This document shows positions 50,315 to 61,096 of a stretch of 64,000 nucleotides of DNA, piece by piece. Position 1 is the first letter of the stretch, and every line of letters starts with the position of its first letter. The position numbers and the translations under genes were made by a program. This DNA is from Mobula birostris. Its lineage: Eukaryota. The notes beneath the pieces are model-generated. The model did no database searches. It was not told where the DNA came from and was given only the letters and a program-made list of their open reading frames with translations. The DNA lies in NCBI RefSeq assembly GCF_030028105.1, contig NC_092390.1:46296777-46360776 (forward strand), read 5' to 3'.

Positions 50315-51339
50315 TTCTTTGGGTGCACATCACAGATGATCTGACCTGGTCCTGCAACACCACCACTTTAGTCAAGAAAACACAACAATGCATCCACTTA
50401 GTGTGGAGACTGAGGTGAGTGATGCTCCCCACCCCCATTTTAGCCACATTCTATCAGAGGACACTCAAGAATGTCCTGACCAGCTATATCACCATCTGGT
50501 ATGGGAATTGAGAGGTATCTGACCACAAGACCCTGTAATGGATTCTGAGGACTGCTGATAGAATTATTGGGATTTTCTTCCCCCCCCCCCCATCACACCC
50601 AGGCCTCTCCCATCCAGGACATATATCAGAAATGCTGCAATCGCAGAGCAGCTTAGCACGATCAAAGACCCCTCCCATATATCCCACAATCTCTTTGACC
50701 TCCTACCATCAGGCATAACGTACAACAGGGTAAGAACAAGGACTGTTAGGCTGTTAACGACTTCTTCCCCCAGGCTGTGAGACTTCTGAACACCATACTA
50801 CCACCTAGTACACATTATTTATGACAGCGCCAGTAGCATTACACTGTTGTATATTTAACTTTACGTCATATATGTACAAAACTTTATGACAACCTGTACA
50901 TCTGCAGGATATTTTTTTAAATTATCTATTAATATTATTTTTTGTGCTGTAGGTATGTGATACGTTATGGTAGCATGATGCTATTACAGTTCAGGCGATG
51001 GAGTTCAGAGTTCAATTCTGGCGTCCTCTGTAGGAAGCTTGTACGTCCTTCCTGTGAGTGCGTGGGGTCCCTGGAGGTTCTCCGGTTTCCTCCCCCAGTC
51101 CAGAGATATACCGGGTGGTAGGTTAGTTGGTCATTGTAAATTGTCCTGTGATGAGACTGGGGTTAAATAGTGTTGCTGGGTGGTGCAGCTCATTGGCCAG
51201 AAGGGCCTGTTCCGTGTTGTATCTCGAAATAAATTCAGTAGATCTACGTACTGTGTCTTGCACCTTGGTCCCACAGGAATGTTGTTTTGATTAGCCTTTT
51301 ACATGTGTACAGTTGAATGACAATAAACTTAAATCTGAA
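50315..51339 (+). mobile_element. Rex1/Babar LINE 3' portion (nested)
   Basis: GVHITDDLTWSCNTTTLVKKTQQCIHLVWRLR...IKDPSHISHNLFDLLPSGITY; 9-bp flanking repeat CTTGAAAGT at 50306-50314 and 51340-51348. Confidence 0.85.
50965..51233 (+). mobile_element. HE1-like SINE (nested)
   Basis: gagttcaattctggcg...ccggtttcctcccccagtccagaga...gggcctgttccgtgttgtatctcgaaataaa. Confidence 0.88.
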
Positions 51340-51633
51340 CTTGAAAGTGAGTCTACAGGTTTTAGAATCGGTTTAGAGATGAGGTGAATGAAGTGATGCA
51401 CACTGTTTCAGGAGCCTGATGGTTCAAGGGTAATTACTGATCCTGGACCTGGTGGTCCCTGTACCTCCTTCCTAATGGCAGCAGTGGGAAGACAGCATGG
51501 CCTGGAAGGCGAGTGTCCTTGACGAAGAGGGATGCTACTTTCCCGTATCTGTGCTGCTTGTAGAATGTCATGGTTGGGAATTTCAGAAGGAAGTTGAGGC
51601 AGTTCATCCATTAGATACTTATGATTAAACATG

Positions 51634-51772
51634 TAACCCTGATGGAAGGTCTAGGCCCGAAATATCTTTTACTCTTTTCCATAGTTGCTGCCTGACTTGC
51701 TGAGTTCCTCTAGCATTTTTGTATTTGTTGCCTTGGATTTTCAGCATCTGCAGATTTTCTCTTGTTTGTGAC
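51634..51772 (+). mobile_element. Solo Penelope terminus with degenerate hammerhead motif
   Basis: CTGATGG-AAGGTCTAGGCCC-GAAAT, then gctgcctgacttgctgagttcctc...cagcatctgcagattttctcttg; near-perfect 13-bp TSD ATGATTAAACATG (51621-51633) / ATGACTAAACATG (51773-51785). Confidence 0.8.
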
Positions 51773-52438
51773 ATGACTAAACATGGTTGCTGATACATCC
51801 GTCTTTTCTGTTACATTCTCATTCAGGTCCCCACCATCACTGAGGATAGGGGATGTTCTTTCAGCCTCCTCCTCCCATTAGCTGTTTGTCCACCACCAAT
51901 CACAACTGCATGTGGGAGGCATTGAGCTTCATTCTGATCTCATGACAATGCATTAAGAATCAGTTATGTCCAACTCAGATCAATGCCAGAACATTCCAGA
52001 GGCAACACACTTGTTAGAGGGAGAACATGCAGATTCCACCCAGGTAGCACCTGGAATCATAACCATGTGCTAGAGATATTCCTTTCTGACCCTGAGAGCC
52101 ACCTGCAAGAGCATTAAGAGGGATTGATTCTTATTGCCTCCTCTATTCGGTCCGATAGGCCTCACAGTGTGGTTGTTTTGCATTCAGCCTTGGTATAGAA
52201 GCAACCCAATCATGGACCACGTCTGAGTTGTCCAGGCATTTCAGATAGTTGGAACTGCAGCCCCTCCCTCCATTGCTCCCAGAAGCCTCTACACCAGATT
52301 GTCTACACTTCATGCCAGGCTAAAACACACTAGTGACTGCTGTATCTCCCCTTGATCACAAACCTATTGAGGTTTCCCCACACAGGTTCAAACCCTACCA
52401 ACAATGGGAGTAGCAGTGTAACTAGTCTGCACAGTTTG

Positions 52439-52762
52439 AGGGACGGTACGGTGGTACAGCTACTAGAGTTGCCATTTCACTGTGCCAGAGACATGGTTTC
52501 AATCCTGATCTAAGGTACTGCCTGTGTGGAGTCTGCATGTTCCCCTTGTGACGAGTGTATTTCCTCTGGGATGTGCTGGTTTTCTCCCACATTCAAAATT
52601 GGCATCTTGATTAGCTGCTGTGAGTTGCCCGTAGTGTGCAGGCAAGTGGGGGGAATTGATCTGAATGTGGGATTTGTATAAGTGGGGGGTCAGTGACTGG
52701 TGTGGTCTGGTTGGGCTGAAGAGCCTACTTCCATGCTATACCTTTCTCGGACTCTAAGACTC
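52439..52762 (+). mobile_element. HE1/V-type SINE (older subfamily)
   Basis: ggtttcaatcctga B-box, tgtgtggagtctgcatgttcccc core, CR1-like tail gggctgaagagcct...actctaagactc. Confidence 0.85.
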
Positions 52763-53400
52763 CATGTCTGTCTAACCCACGTTATTCATTCCTTAACGTG
52801 GTACTAGTCTTGAGACAGTGGCGTGTAAGCTACAAATTTGAGCCTTGGTCATCACCAACCGTATCATCCTCTCCACCTGGTCTTCTCCCCTGCTTTGTCA
52901 ACTGATGTATCCCCTCATTCTCCTGCTGCATTTCAAGTGTGGAGGAAAAGCAGGGCAAAGGATGCACTGCTATCATTACTACTATAGGTCTGTCATGTTG
53001 CTTATTCTGAGAAACATTTCCCTACATTCAGAGTATAAGCTTTCATATTCCTGATCATGCAGCCCTAGGCTACCAATCAAGTTAGCTGTTGCTAAGTAGC
53101 CATTTTGATGTTGTTCCTTCCTAGAATGATGACATCACACCAGTTTGCCATCATTTCCATCTCGTTTTAGTTCTATGGTCACATTCTCCTACCTAATAAA
53201 TTAACTGTAATGCCTTTCTCAGCACAATCCCCACACAGTTAGATCCATTGGGAACTTTATAATCCCAGTGCACACAGACCTAATCTGCTTTCCTGACAAT
53301 ACTATATATGTATAACCTTCCTCTTCCCTGCAAACAATTATGGTAGTTTTAGGCCTCACTTGGAAGCCCCTTAAGTTGTGCTGTCTTTCTACTTTTACAG

Positions 53401-53546
53401 GGTTTTGGCTAGTGTTTGCCCCATACCCACAGACCCTAAAATGCCCAGCATTGCTGTGGGGGCCAAAACTGCCTCTGTGTCAACATTGCTAGTTCATAGT
53501 CTTCTTGCTTGAGTCAAAATCGTTTTTTTTTTCTCCACAGGTAAGT
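53401..53546 (+). other. Candidate non-coding exon (53401-53540) and/or recursive splice site at 53540|53541
   Basis: Acceptor tctttctacttttacag ends at 53400; T10-CTCCACAG|GTAAGT at 53523-53546; stops in all three frames. Confidence 0.35.
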
Positions 53547-54176
53547 TCCATTTGTTTTTACTTCACACAAGTCCCATTTCTTTACATTCTCATCACCGAT
53601 TTGTGATGTACACACAAGTTCTTATACAAACTATGCAGAATGCCAGGAACATAATGAATCACTAAGGGACACAGAGAACAGCTAAAACACCTGCAACGTA
53701 TTTATTCTCCTCGCTCCGACTACACTCTGTATGAGTCCACGCTTCATTTTACATCACATGTTTATATATACTACACTAATGAAGATGTATACTGTAGATT
53801 AATTCAAAAGGGATATAATAATCACAGTGAAACGTTGTTAATGAGCATACCTGGCAGATTTCAGACACCCTTTGCCAAGGAGGAGGTTTGTGCCTTAGTG
53901 GCTCTTTGCTCAAGTGGAGGAAGATCATCTTCTCCAGTCCGGTAAAGTTCTATCCTTATGACACCCCTGCACTGTCCAAGTAGGTGGCCTCCCTCTCATA
54001 CCTAACAAACACTATGAGTCACTTTTTCAATGTCATATGCTTGCAGCTTTGAACTGTTACGGAGGTGGAAGGGTTGAATGTCGGTAGCTGGGTGAGGCTA
54101 GGGCATGTTGTAGAAGAGTGAAGGCTGTATGTGAATGTGCTGAACTTTGTGCGTATATGCAAACTTTTCTGTAGTA

Positions 54177-54177
54177 T

Positions 54178-54216
<39 letters not shown>

Positions 54217-54226
54217 GGAGAGAGAG
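54177..54226. repeat. Compound (TG)n(AG)n microsatellite
   Basis: About 13 TG units followed by about 12 AG units. Confidence 0.95.
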
Positions 54227-54357
54227 ATAGATCTTGGCTGTACATAATTTCTGAAGTCATGAACCTTCTTGAAACATTCCTCTACTGATGTCGCCAACTG
54301 CAGCACTACAAGAGACTGAAACATCAAGACAGCAGGTGGTGTCATTGTTGCAGAAGT

Positions 54358-54691
54358 GATCTCTCTCTCCCTCGCTAGTGAGCGAGAGCCTGTCTGAGAT
54401 ACCAAAGTGTTAGTGTGGACTGTAGTTTTTGATGGATTCTAGATCAAGATCTCTTTGGGGGCTTTGCTACTGCTTGAATGATGGGGTGGGGGGGAGGTGG
54501 GGGGGAGGTGGGGAGGGAGATCAGTGCTTTTGCTGCTGCCTGTACATGGGAGGGAGAGGAGGCTTTGAGGTTCTGATGTTTCTGCCATACTTTCTTTGGT
54601 TTTTTTTCTGTTTCATGGATGTCTGTAAAGAGTAAGAATTTCAGGTTGTATATTGTACACATTTTCAGGTATTAAATTGAACCATTGAATC
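54358..54691 (+). mobile_element. Non-autonomous retroposon with Rex1-like tail (contains a G-rich G4-type tract ~54483-54518)
   Basis: ...gagtaagaatttcaggttgtatattgtacac...attaaattgaaccattgaa tail. Confidence 0.6.
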
Positions 54692-54909
54692 ACTGAGTGA
54701 AAATTTTCCCTGGAGAAAAATATGCAAGCCACTTCCTGCTAAACCCTTTGTAGGATGGCCTGAAGGAACTCCTAGCATACCTCCTCTCACGCAGTTCACT
54801 GGCAAAACTTGAATATGAATGTGTAAGCTTTCTCCCTCAGTCCAGCAAGTATCAGCCAATGACGTTAAATGTGGAGTGGTTCCAAGGGTAACTGCACAGT
54901 ACGCATCTT

Positions 54910-55090
54910 AGACCGTAAGAAATAGAAGCAGAATTAGACCATTTGACACATCAAGTCTGCTTCGCTATTTCATCATGGCTGATCCATCTTTCCTCTCAGC
55001 CTCAACCTCCTGCCTTTTTTAACCCCCGCCCCCCGTATCACTTCATGCTCTGAACAATCAGAGTCTATCAACCTCTGCCTTAAGTATACA
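54910..55090 (-). mobile_element. CR1 3' end
   Basis: agaccgtaagaaatagaagcagaattag...catcatggctgatcc...ctatcaacctctgccttaa. Confidence 0.85.
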
Positions 55091-56059
55091 TGCTTATTGC
55101 ATCTTAACGCTTCTTTCTGGGCTTAACATAACCCAATGCTGTTGCCTACTTACTTTTGATCAAATTTGTTTCTGGGGTATCGACCTGATTTAGTTCAAAT
55201 GCAAAAAGCAAAAATGCACCCAAAACAGTTGCAACTTACTATTTTGTGTGTAACATTTGATTTAATTGTTGTAATATATACCTGTGAGTGTATTCTTATT
55301 AGATGGGTAATGGAAACTCCAGCAATATTATTCTGTATTATGCTATACTCCCAAGATAGTTTTATCGGTCTCCAGATTCCTGCATTAGATGCTGGGCCTG
55401 GATTTTAAGCTGGCTCTGGGAGTGGGTGGGAGTTAAAAGTAACAGAAGTAAATACCATTTGGGAAGTAGAAGAGAAGCCAGAGAGGAAACAGAAGGTTAT
55501 TGGGACAATTTCTCAACAGTGGCACAAATTACTGCCTGGGATGCCCTAATTGCAAGGTTTACTTGTGTTCCAGCAACAAGATTGAGCAGAAGGCATGTTT
55601 CGGCTCCTCTAATACTCCTATATCATTAACACAGAGCAAATACTGCAAAAAAGGCACACCTTTTACCATTTTTCAATTGTTTTCTTTTGTTAGTTCAGCT
55701 TGTCCCATTTATCACTAAATAACCTGTAAGACTCCTAACAAGTCTACAATGAAGAGTGAGAAATATGGGAAATAAAATGATGTAAAAGAGTAATACACAT
55801 GCACTTTTATTGACTAAATTCATGCTTCTGTGTAGCTGTAAATCTTCATTCTTACCTTTCCAAGTGTTTCTACATGATGTGAGCACTGTGACTTTTATAG
55901 TGATCAAGTTGGACCGTTGGGATGCTTGGAGAATGTCCTATGGATTTTGTAGGCTGTGAGGCAAATCTCTCCTGAGCCTAACTGCTGTATGCTGAAAAGA
56001 TTTGGGCATTAGTACCTGAAACTCCATGCCAAGTACTGGAATGCAAATAGTGAGGAAAA

Positions 56060-56468
56060 ACCATAAGAACATCAGACATAGGAGCAAAATCAGGCATTCG
56101 GCCCATCAAGTGTGCTCTGTTTTATTATCCTCTCAACCCCATTCTCCTGCCTTCTCCCTGTAATCTTTGATGCCCTGACTAATCAAGAACCTATCAACCA
56201 ACACTTTAAATATACCCAATAACTTGGCCTCCACAGCAGTCTATAGCAATGAATTCCACAGATTCATACCCTCTGGCGAAAGAAATTTCTCCTCTTCTCT
56301 GTTCTAAGTGGGTGTCCCTCTGCTCTGTGCTATGCCCTCTGGTCCTAGACTCCCCGGCTATCAGAAACATCCTCTCCATTTCAACTCTATCTCAGCCTTT
56401 CAATATTTGATAGGTTTCAGTTGGATTCCGCCCCCCCTCCACAATCTTCTAAATTCCAGTGAGTACAG
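56060..56468 (-). mobile_element. CR1 3' end
   Basis: accataagaacatcagacataggagca...gaattccacagattca...aaattccagtgagtacag. Confidence 0.88.
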
Positions 56469-58094
56469 ACAGTGAGGATCTCAGGTGGAAAATAGAAAGC
56501 TTTGACCTAGGTCTTATACTTGAAGCTTAAATCATCCTCCCTTGTGTGGACCAACCCATGTTCCCTGCATTTTGCAGACAAAAGGGTGATACTAAATTAT
56601 TGCTTATCCTATTTAATCTGTGTAAAAGCCTTCACTGCAAACTGTGTCTGCTGTTCTACCCAAGGAAGAAGATATGATTTTTGATAGTCAGATGCACTAA
56701 GACTCTGTTGATCTCCTGTGTTTCCTCCTCTGTGGTCAAAGAGTCGATGGTGCTTTGAATCTTGAGAAGTTTGCAAAGAGATTCACAGGATGAAAGGGTT
56801 GATAAACATGCATACTCTCCTGGGGTAATAAAGCTGGAGTTCACTTGAATGAGGGAGAAGCTGGAATGATACTTGTATCTCGATGGAGATTTATGCACCA
56901 TTGCTCTCGTTTTCCCTGTCATGTGTCTGATCTAACCACATGTCCTCAATTAACTACAGGAGCAGTATCACCATTACAGCCCCGAAAAACAGATTTCAAT
57001 GACTTTGACCGTTTCATTCTGTAAAGAGCTAGTATGACAATGGGCTAAATGGCCTCCTTCCATACAACAATTCCGTATGCGTTCTTTAGATAGTCGAGGA
57101 TTATTCAGCAATTTCAGAAGTGCAATTGTATCTCAGGAAATAAAACATAATTTTCATAATTGTTTCAAAATGAACCAACCTACCAATAATACAGTAATTT
57201 TGCCTTAATTGGTGCATTCTGTGCATATAAAGGGAGCTCAGCTACAGCGATATAGGTACTGCTACTAGGTAACTTGCAAAAAAAAAACCTGGCTTAGAAT
57301 CAGATGATTTTTCCGTCATTATTGTAGAAGAGTTGGTGATTCCGAAATTTAACTAACTTTGTATGTAGAATTATGCCAACAGAATAGTGCTCACTTAATC
57401 AATTGATTAATGAAACAATCCCTCAGCTGTTCAGACACAGTACACAGCCTGATAAAATGACATGGTTCTTTGGTTACATATGGATTCAAGTCTTGCACAA
57501 TAATGTGCGATTGTCAGAGTCTATGAAACCCAGATTGCTTCAGTTGAAGTTTTTTGCTAATACATTTATCAGCCGCTTGGCTGATAGTTTGAAAATCCAA
57601 ATACACTGCAGTGTTTGTTTTATTATCATAAAATTACCAACTGTTTTCTGTAAGACAGCATCTGAATAATTGGATCAAATATATATGCAGTACTGAACCA
57701 TGCCAATATTGGTTAGAATGATAATAAGTCAGTGATCGGTCATTTATGTGTAATTGATTTAAATGATACTACAGTTATAATGTACTTTTCACCAATTGGA
57801 TATCTCCATAGAGTGTAGAAACATATAAAAATGATAAATTCCAGTCTGTGACATCATGTTAAAAGACAAACACACGTCTGGCATCCTGTATTTTTCAGAA
57901 CAATCTATTTTCAAGGGAGCCATCATGAGTGTTCCTCAAGCCTGAACAAATCAAGAGCAATGTGAAATGAATTTGTTCAGTACTACTTCAAGGTAGGGTG
58001 AATTCTGCATAATTCTTTTAAAATGTGGTAAGATATATGCTGATAGGTCGTTAATCTGGTGCAGCCCAAGTGACCCGTATTATGAATTTGTACT

Positions 58095-58290
58095 GAAGAC
58101 CAAAGACATGAGGGTTGGTAGGTTAACTGCCCACTGTAAATTGTCCCTGGGGTGGGGGGGGGCGGGTTTGGAGAGCTGATGAGAATGTAGGGAGAATAAA
58201 ATTGTAAATGGGTGGTTGATAGTTGTCATAGATTCAGCGGACCGAAGAACCTGTTTCAGAACTGTATGTCTGTCTGAGTCTTTGACTCAC
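58095..58290 (+). mobile_element. 5'-truncated HE1-type SINE
   Basis: ccaaagacatgagggttggtaggttaactgcccactgtaaattgtccc...ccgaagaacctgtttc. Confidence 0.7.
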
Positions 58291-58300
58291 TGACCAACAG

Positions 58301-58778
58301 TTTACAAGGATGTTGCCGGGACTTGAGAAACTGAGTTACAGAGAAAGGTTGAATAGGTTAGGACTTTATTCCCTGGAGCGTAGAAGAATGAGGGGAGATT
58401 TGATAGAGGTATATAAAATTATGGTGGGTATAGATAGAGTGAATGCAAGCAGGCTTTTTCCACTGAGGCCGGGGGAGAAAAAACCAGAGGACATGGGTTA
58501 AGGGTGAAGGGAGAAAAGTTTAAAGGGAATATTAGAGGGGGCTTCTTCACACAGAGAGTGGTGGGAGTGTGGAATGAGCTGCCAGGTGAAGTGGTAAATG
58601 CGGGCTCACTTTTAACATTTAAGAAAAACTTGGACAGGTACATGGTTGAGAGGTGTATGGAGGGATATGATCCAGGTGCAGGTCAGTGGGACGAGGCAGA
58701 AAAATGGTTCGGCACAGCCAAGAAGGGCCAAAAGGCTTGATTCTGTGCTGTAATGTTCTATGGTTCTATGGTTCTATA
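58301..58778 (+). mobile_element. Young CR1 3' end
   Basis: MLPGLEKLSYRERLNRLGLYSLERRRMRGDLIEVYKIM...FFTQRVVGVWNELP; (TTCTATGG)n tail; right flank agtttaaggatgttg mirrors the 5' junction agtttacaaggatgttg. Confidence 0.95.
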
Positions 58779-58984
58779 GTTTAAGGATGTTGAAGTTCTA
58801 ATATCAGTCCCATGACATTTCATTTTGGACAATACAGCCTGGATTCTGCTCACCTCAATGAAACTTTGGAAAGACTCCACTTCCATCTACTTTTCCAAGT
58901 TCCCCCTTTACACAACCCTTTTCTTATAATGAGCTTCCGGAAGATTTCCTGCCTTCTAGATGAGGTGCATAGGATGGTGGGAGA

Positions 58985-59217
58985 ACACAACAGTAGAGTG
59001 GTGAGCACAGTGCTTTACAGTACAGGTAAACCAGTTCATTTCCCACCACAGCCTATCGGAAGTTTCGTACGTTCTTCCCATGACCTCATCGGTTTTCTCC
59101 AGGTGCTCCAGTTTCCTCCTACGTTCCAATGACCTACCAGTTGGTAGGTTATTTGGATATTGTAATTTGTCCCATGATTAGGCTAAAATTGGGAAATTGC
59201 TGGGCAGTGTGGCTCAA
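58985..59217 (+). mobile_element. HE1-like SINE, 3'-truncated by the myosin/LTR element
   Basis: Head and core match 62470; stops at ctgggcagtgtggctc; a tail-like tatgttaataaataaaaa reappears at 61021-61039. Confidence 0.8.
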
Positions 59218-59225
59218 ATTGCAGG

Positions 59226-59942
59226 TCATTGTGCCTTCAGCAGCTGAAGGTGAACCTGGAGCTGGAAACCCAGGTCGCCGATCTGAATGAGAGACTGCTA
59301 AGGAAGGAGATTTGCACCACTGAACTGAATGCTCAGAAGTGCAGACTGGAGACTGTGTATCGCAATCTCGGCACAAACATTGAAGAATTGGAGTCCATGC
59401 TCGTCAAAGTGGGGACGGAGAAACAGAATTCAGAGCAGAAACAGCAGAATTAAACCAGGGAGATGGAACAATAACGAGCCTTTGGAAGGATAAGCAGAAA
59501 CTGGAGAAATTGATCCACAACAGATTGGAAGACTTGCAAGTTAGGGAAGACAAAGAAAGCTATCTGACTGAGACCAACAAAAAACTGAGAGCATGGAGAG
59601 GAGAGTATGAACACATTTCAGAAGAGGTGAAGCAATTGCGGACAGATCTCGGAAGAGGGAAGTGAAAGCTTGAAGGAGACCTGAAGATGACCATTGACAG
59701 CCTAAATGAAATGGAAAAATTGAAAGTTGACTTGGAAGAGGTCATTAAGAAGAAAGAGCTGGAGATAAGTTCAGTGAACACAAAACTGGAGGATGAACAA
59801 TCTTTAACTGCTACTCTTCAGAGGAAGATTAAGAAATATCAGACCCGGAACTGGAGGAGGCCGAAAAGGCTGCAGAAGCAGCCCAGGCCAAATGCTCCAG
59901 CTTGGAGAAAACTAAACAGCAGCTACAAATCGAGGAAAAGGA
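59226..59942 (+). pseudogene. MYH16: Intronless, internally deleted myosin heavy chain rod fragment (MYH16-like retrocopy)
   Basis: LKVNLELETQVADLNERL...LESMLVKVGTEKQ / ITSLWKDKQKLEKL...LEDLQVREDK...[62 protein letters not shown] / [29 protein letters not shown]. The DLKMTID.LNEME..K.DLEEV.KK..LEI.SVN.K.EDEQSL signature is closest to MYH16 as I recall it. Two frameshifts and premature stops (59451-59453, 59663-59665). Confidence 0.8.
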
Positions 59943-60422
59943 GAAGAATACGGATTCAAAGGATGATGAGATGGAGGTGTGGTACATGCTGCCTTTCCCT
60001 AACTTCCCCTTGTTTGAGGAAGAGACTCCTGGCCCTTCTCCTGCTGAGTCAGGTGAGGTGGGGGGGGGGGGGTCTAGCTGTGGGAAGCCTGGGTTACTGC
60101 AGGACCCTGAAAGAGAGACTGTGGGGCCTGAACACGAGGGGGGCATGAGTGATAGATTGAGAGAGGATTCGGCAAGCAGACTCGAAGTATCCCCAGTAGT
60201 ATCCGAGCCTGAAGGGTTAGGTGAGGGGGTACGGAAGTCTCAGGGGATTAGGAAACTCTCGTATAGGTTGGCCTATGTAGCGCCTGGGGAACAGGGTGTG
60301 AGGTCTATTGTTTGGGGAGCTATGTCACTGTTGGTAACTGGATTGTGTTTTTGTGCTTGCAGGAAGGGTTGGCGAATTATTTCGACGTCATGAGGGCATG
60401 ACTAAATTTGGTGGGGGGAGAA
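59943..60422 (+). mobile_element. Gypsy-type LTR retrotransposon: pol C-terminal tail and polypurine tract
   Basis: Low-complexity acidic/Pro-rich tail ending [16 protein letters not shown] (cf. RRS.R.R..P.RL.Y after Gypsy integrase); stop at 60391-60393; PPT GGTGGGGGGAGAA at 60410-60422. Confidence 0.8.
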
Positions 60423-61020
60423 TATAAGGGTTTCTCTCTTATGTTAACTGCTAAGGCTAATAAAATGGCTTCTCTGTAATGTTAACTGCTGAGGTAATAG
60501 GTTCTCTGTAGCAGCATGTTTGGGTTAAAGGTAGAGATAACAGGACTTTGGCATTCAGTTGCTAACCAATGGACGAGATGTTATTCTTTCTTGTTTGTGT
60601 GAAAGCTGTTGGTTTTCGCGGGCTTTGAGAGAAGGCGCGAGGGGAATGAACAGAGGAGGCGCGACTTGAGGAGTCGGTGGGCTGTCCGACCCTCTGTGCT
60701 CCAGTGGGAGCTGAGGGTCGACGACGATCGAAGGAGGAATCAGCAAAGGAAAACCGTGAGCTCCAATGAATTGTGGACGAACTGATTAAATGAATTCTTG
60801 GTGCCTTTTATTTTATATTTTGTTCTCTCCTAGTCTCATAGTCTAAGTAAGAGTTATAAAATCTTACTTGTTTAACCATATATTGTTTATTATTTCGGGG
60901 TACTGATTTGACACAGGGGACATTTCACGCAGCATCCACCCAAACGGGAGTTCTAAAGTTTGGCCGGGCAAGGAGGTTACCACCCCCGAGATCATACCAC
61001 TAGGCAAAGTAAGTGTTACA
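60423..61020 (+). mobile_element. 3' LTR (~598 nt)
   Basis: Starts immediately after the PPT with TATAAG (likely TGTAAG) and ends GTTACA; internal tandem duplication atgttaactgct...ttctctgta (60441-60510); CCAAT box; CpG-rich. Confidence 0.85.
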
Positions 61021-61096
61021 TATGTTAATAAATAAAAAAGATTGCCAGCGGTGTTATAAGAATTCATTGCAGGACCATAAGTTTGACAAGGGAATA

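Larger units (their letters stand above)
50117..51543 (-). mobile_element. Rex1/Babar LINE 3' end, interrupted at 50315-51339
   Basis: ttcaaagttcaaaataaatttaatatcaaagt tail; resumes at 51349 with caggagcctgatgg...cctgtacctccttcc...gcatggcctgga. Confidence 0.75.
47575..51920 (-). mobile_element. Old CR1-group LINE fragmented by at least five younger insertions
   Basis: 3' end at 47575-47940 (ctaatacccttgagaaggtggt); RT remnants including ORF 49783-50013 KTCAPKLAEPPAKLFQCNYNTGISPTMWKIAQVLLIHKK; further pieces at 48415-48530, 49140-50080 and 51790-51920. Confidence 0.75.

Noticed and set aside
54240-54350. Myb/SANT-like peptide SVEECFKKVHDFRNYV (Harbinger ORF2?)
   Set aside because: Too short and weak to support by eye.
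59229-60148. Functional myosin gene exons
   Set aside because: No introns at expected positions, premature stops, frameshifts, a large internal deletion and fusion to LTR-element sequence; treated as captured pseudogenic cargo.
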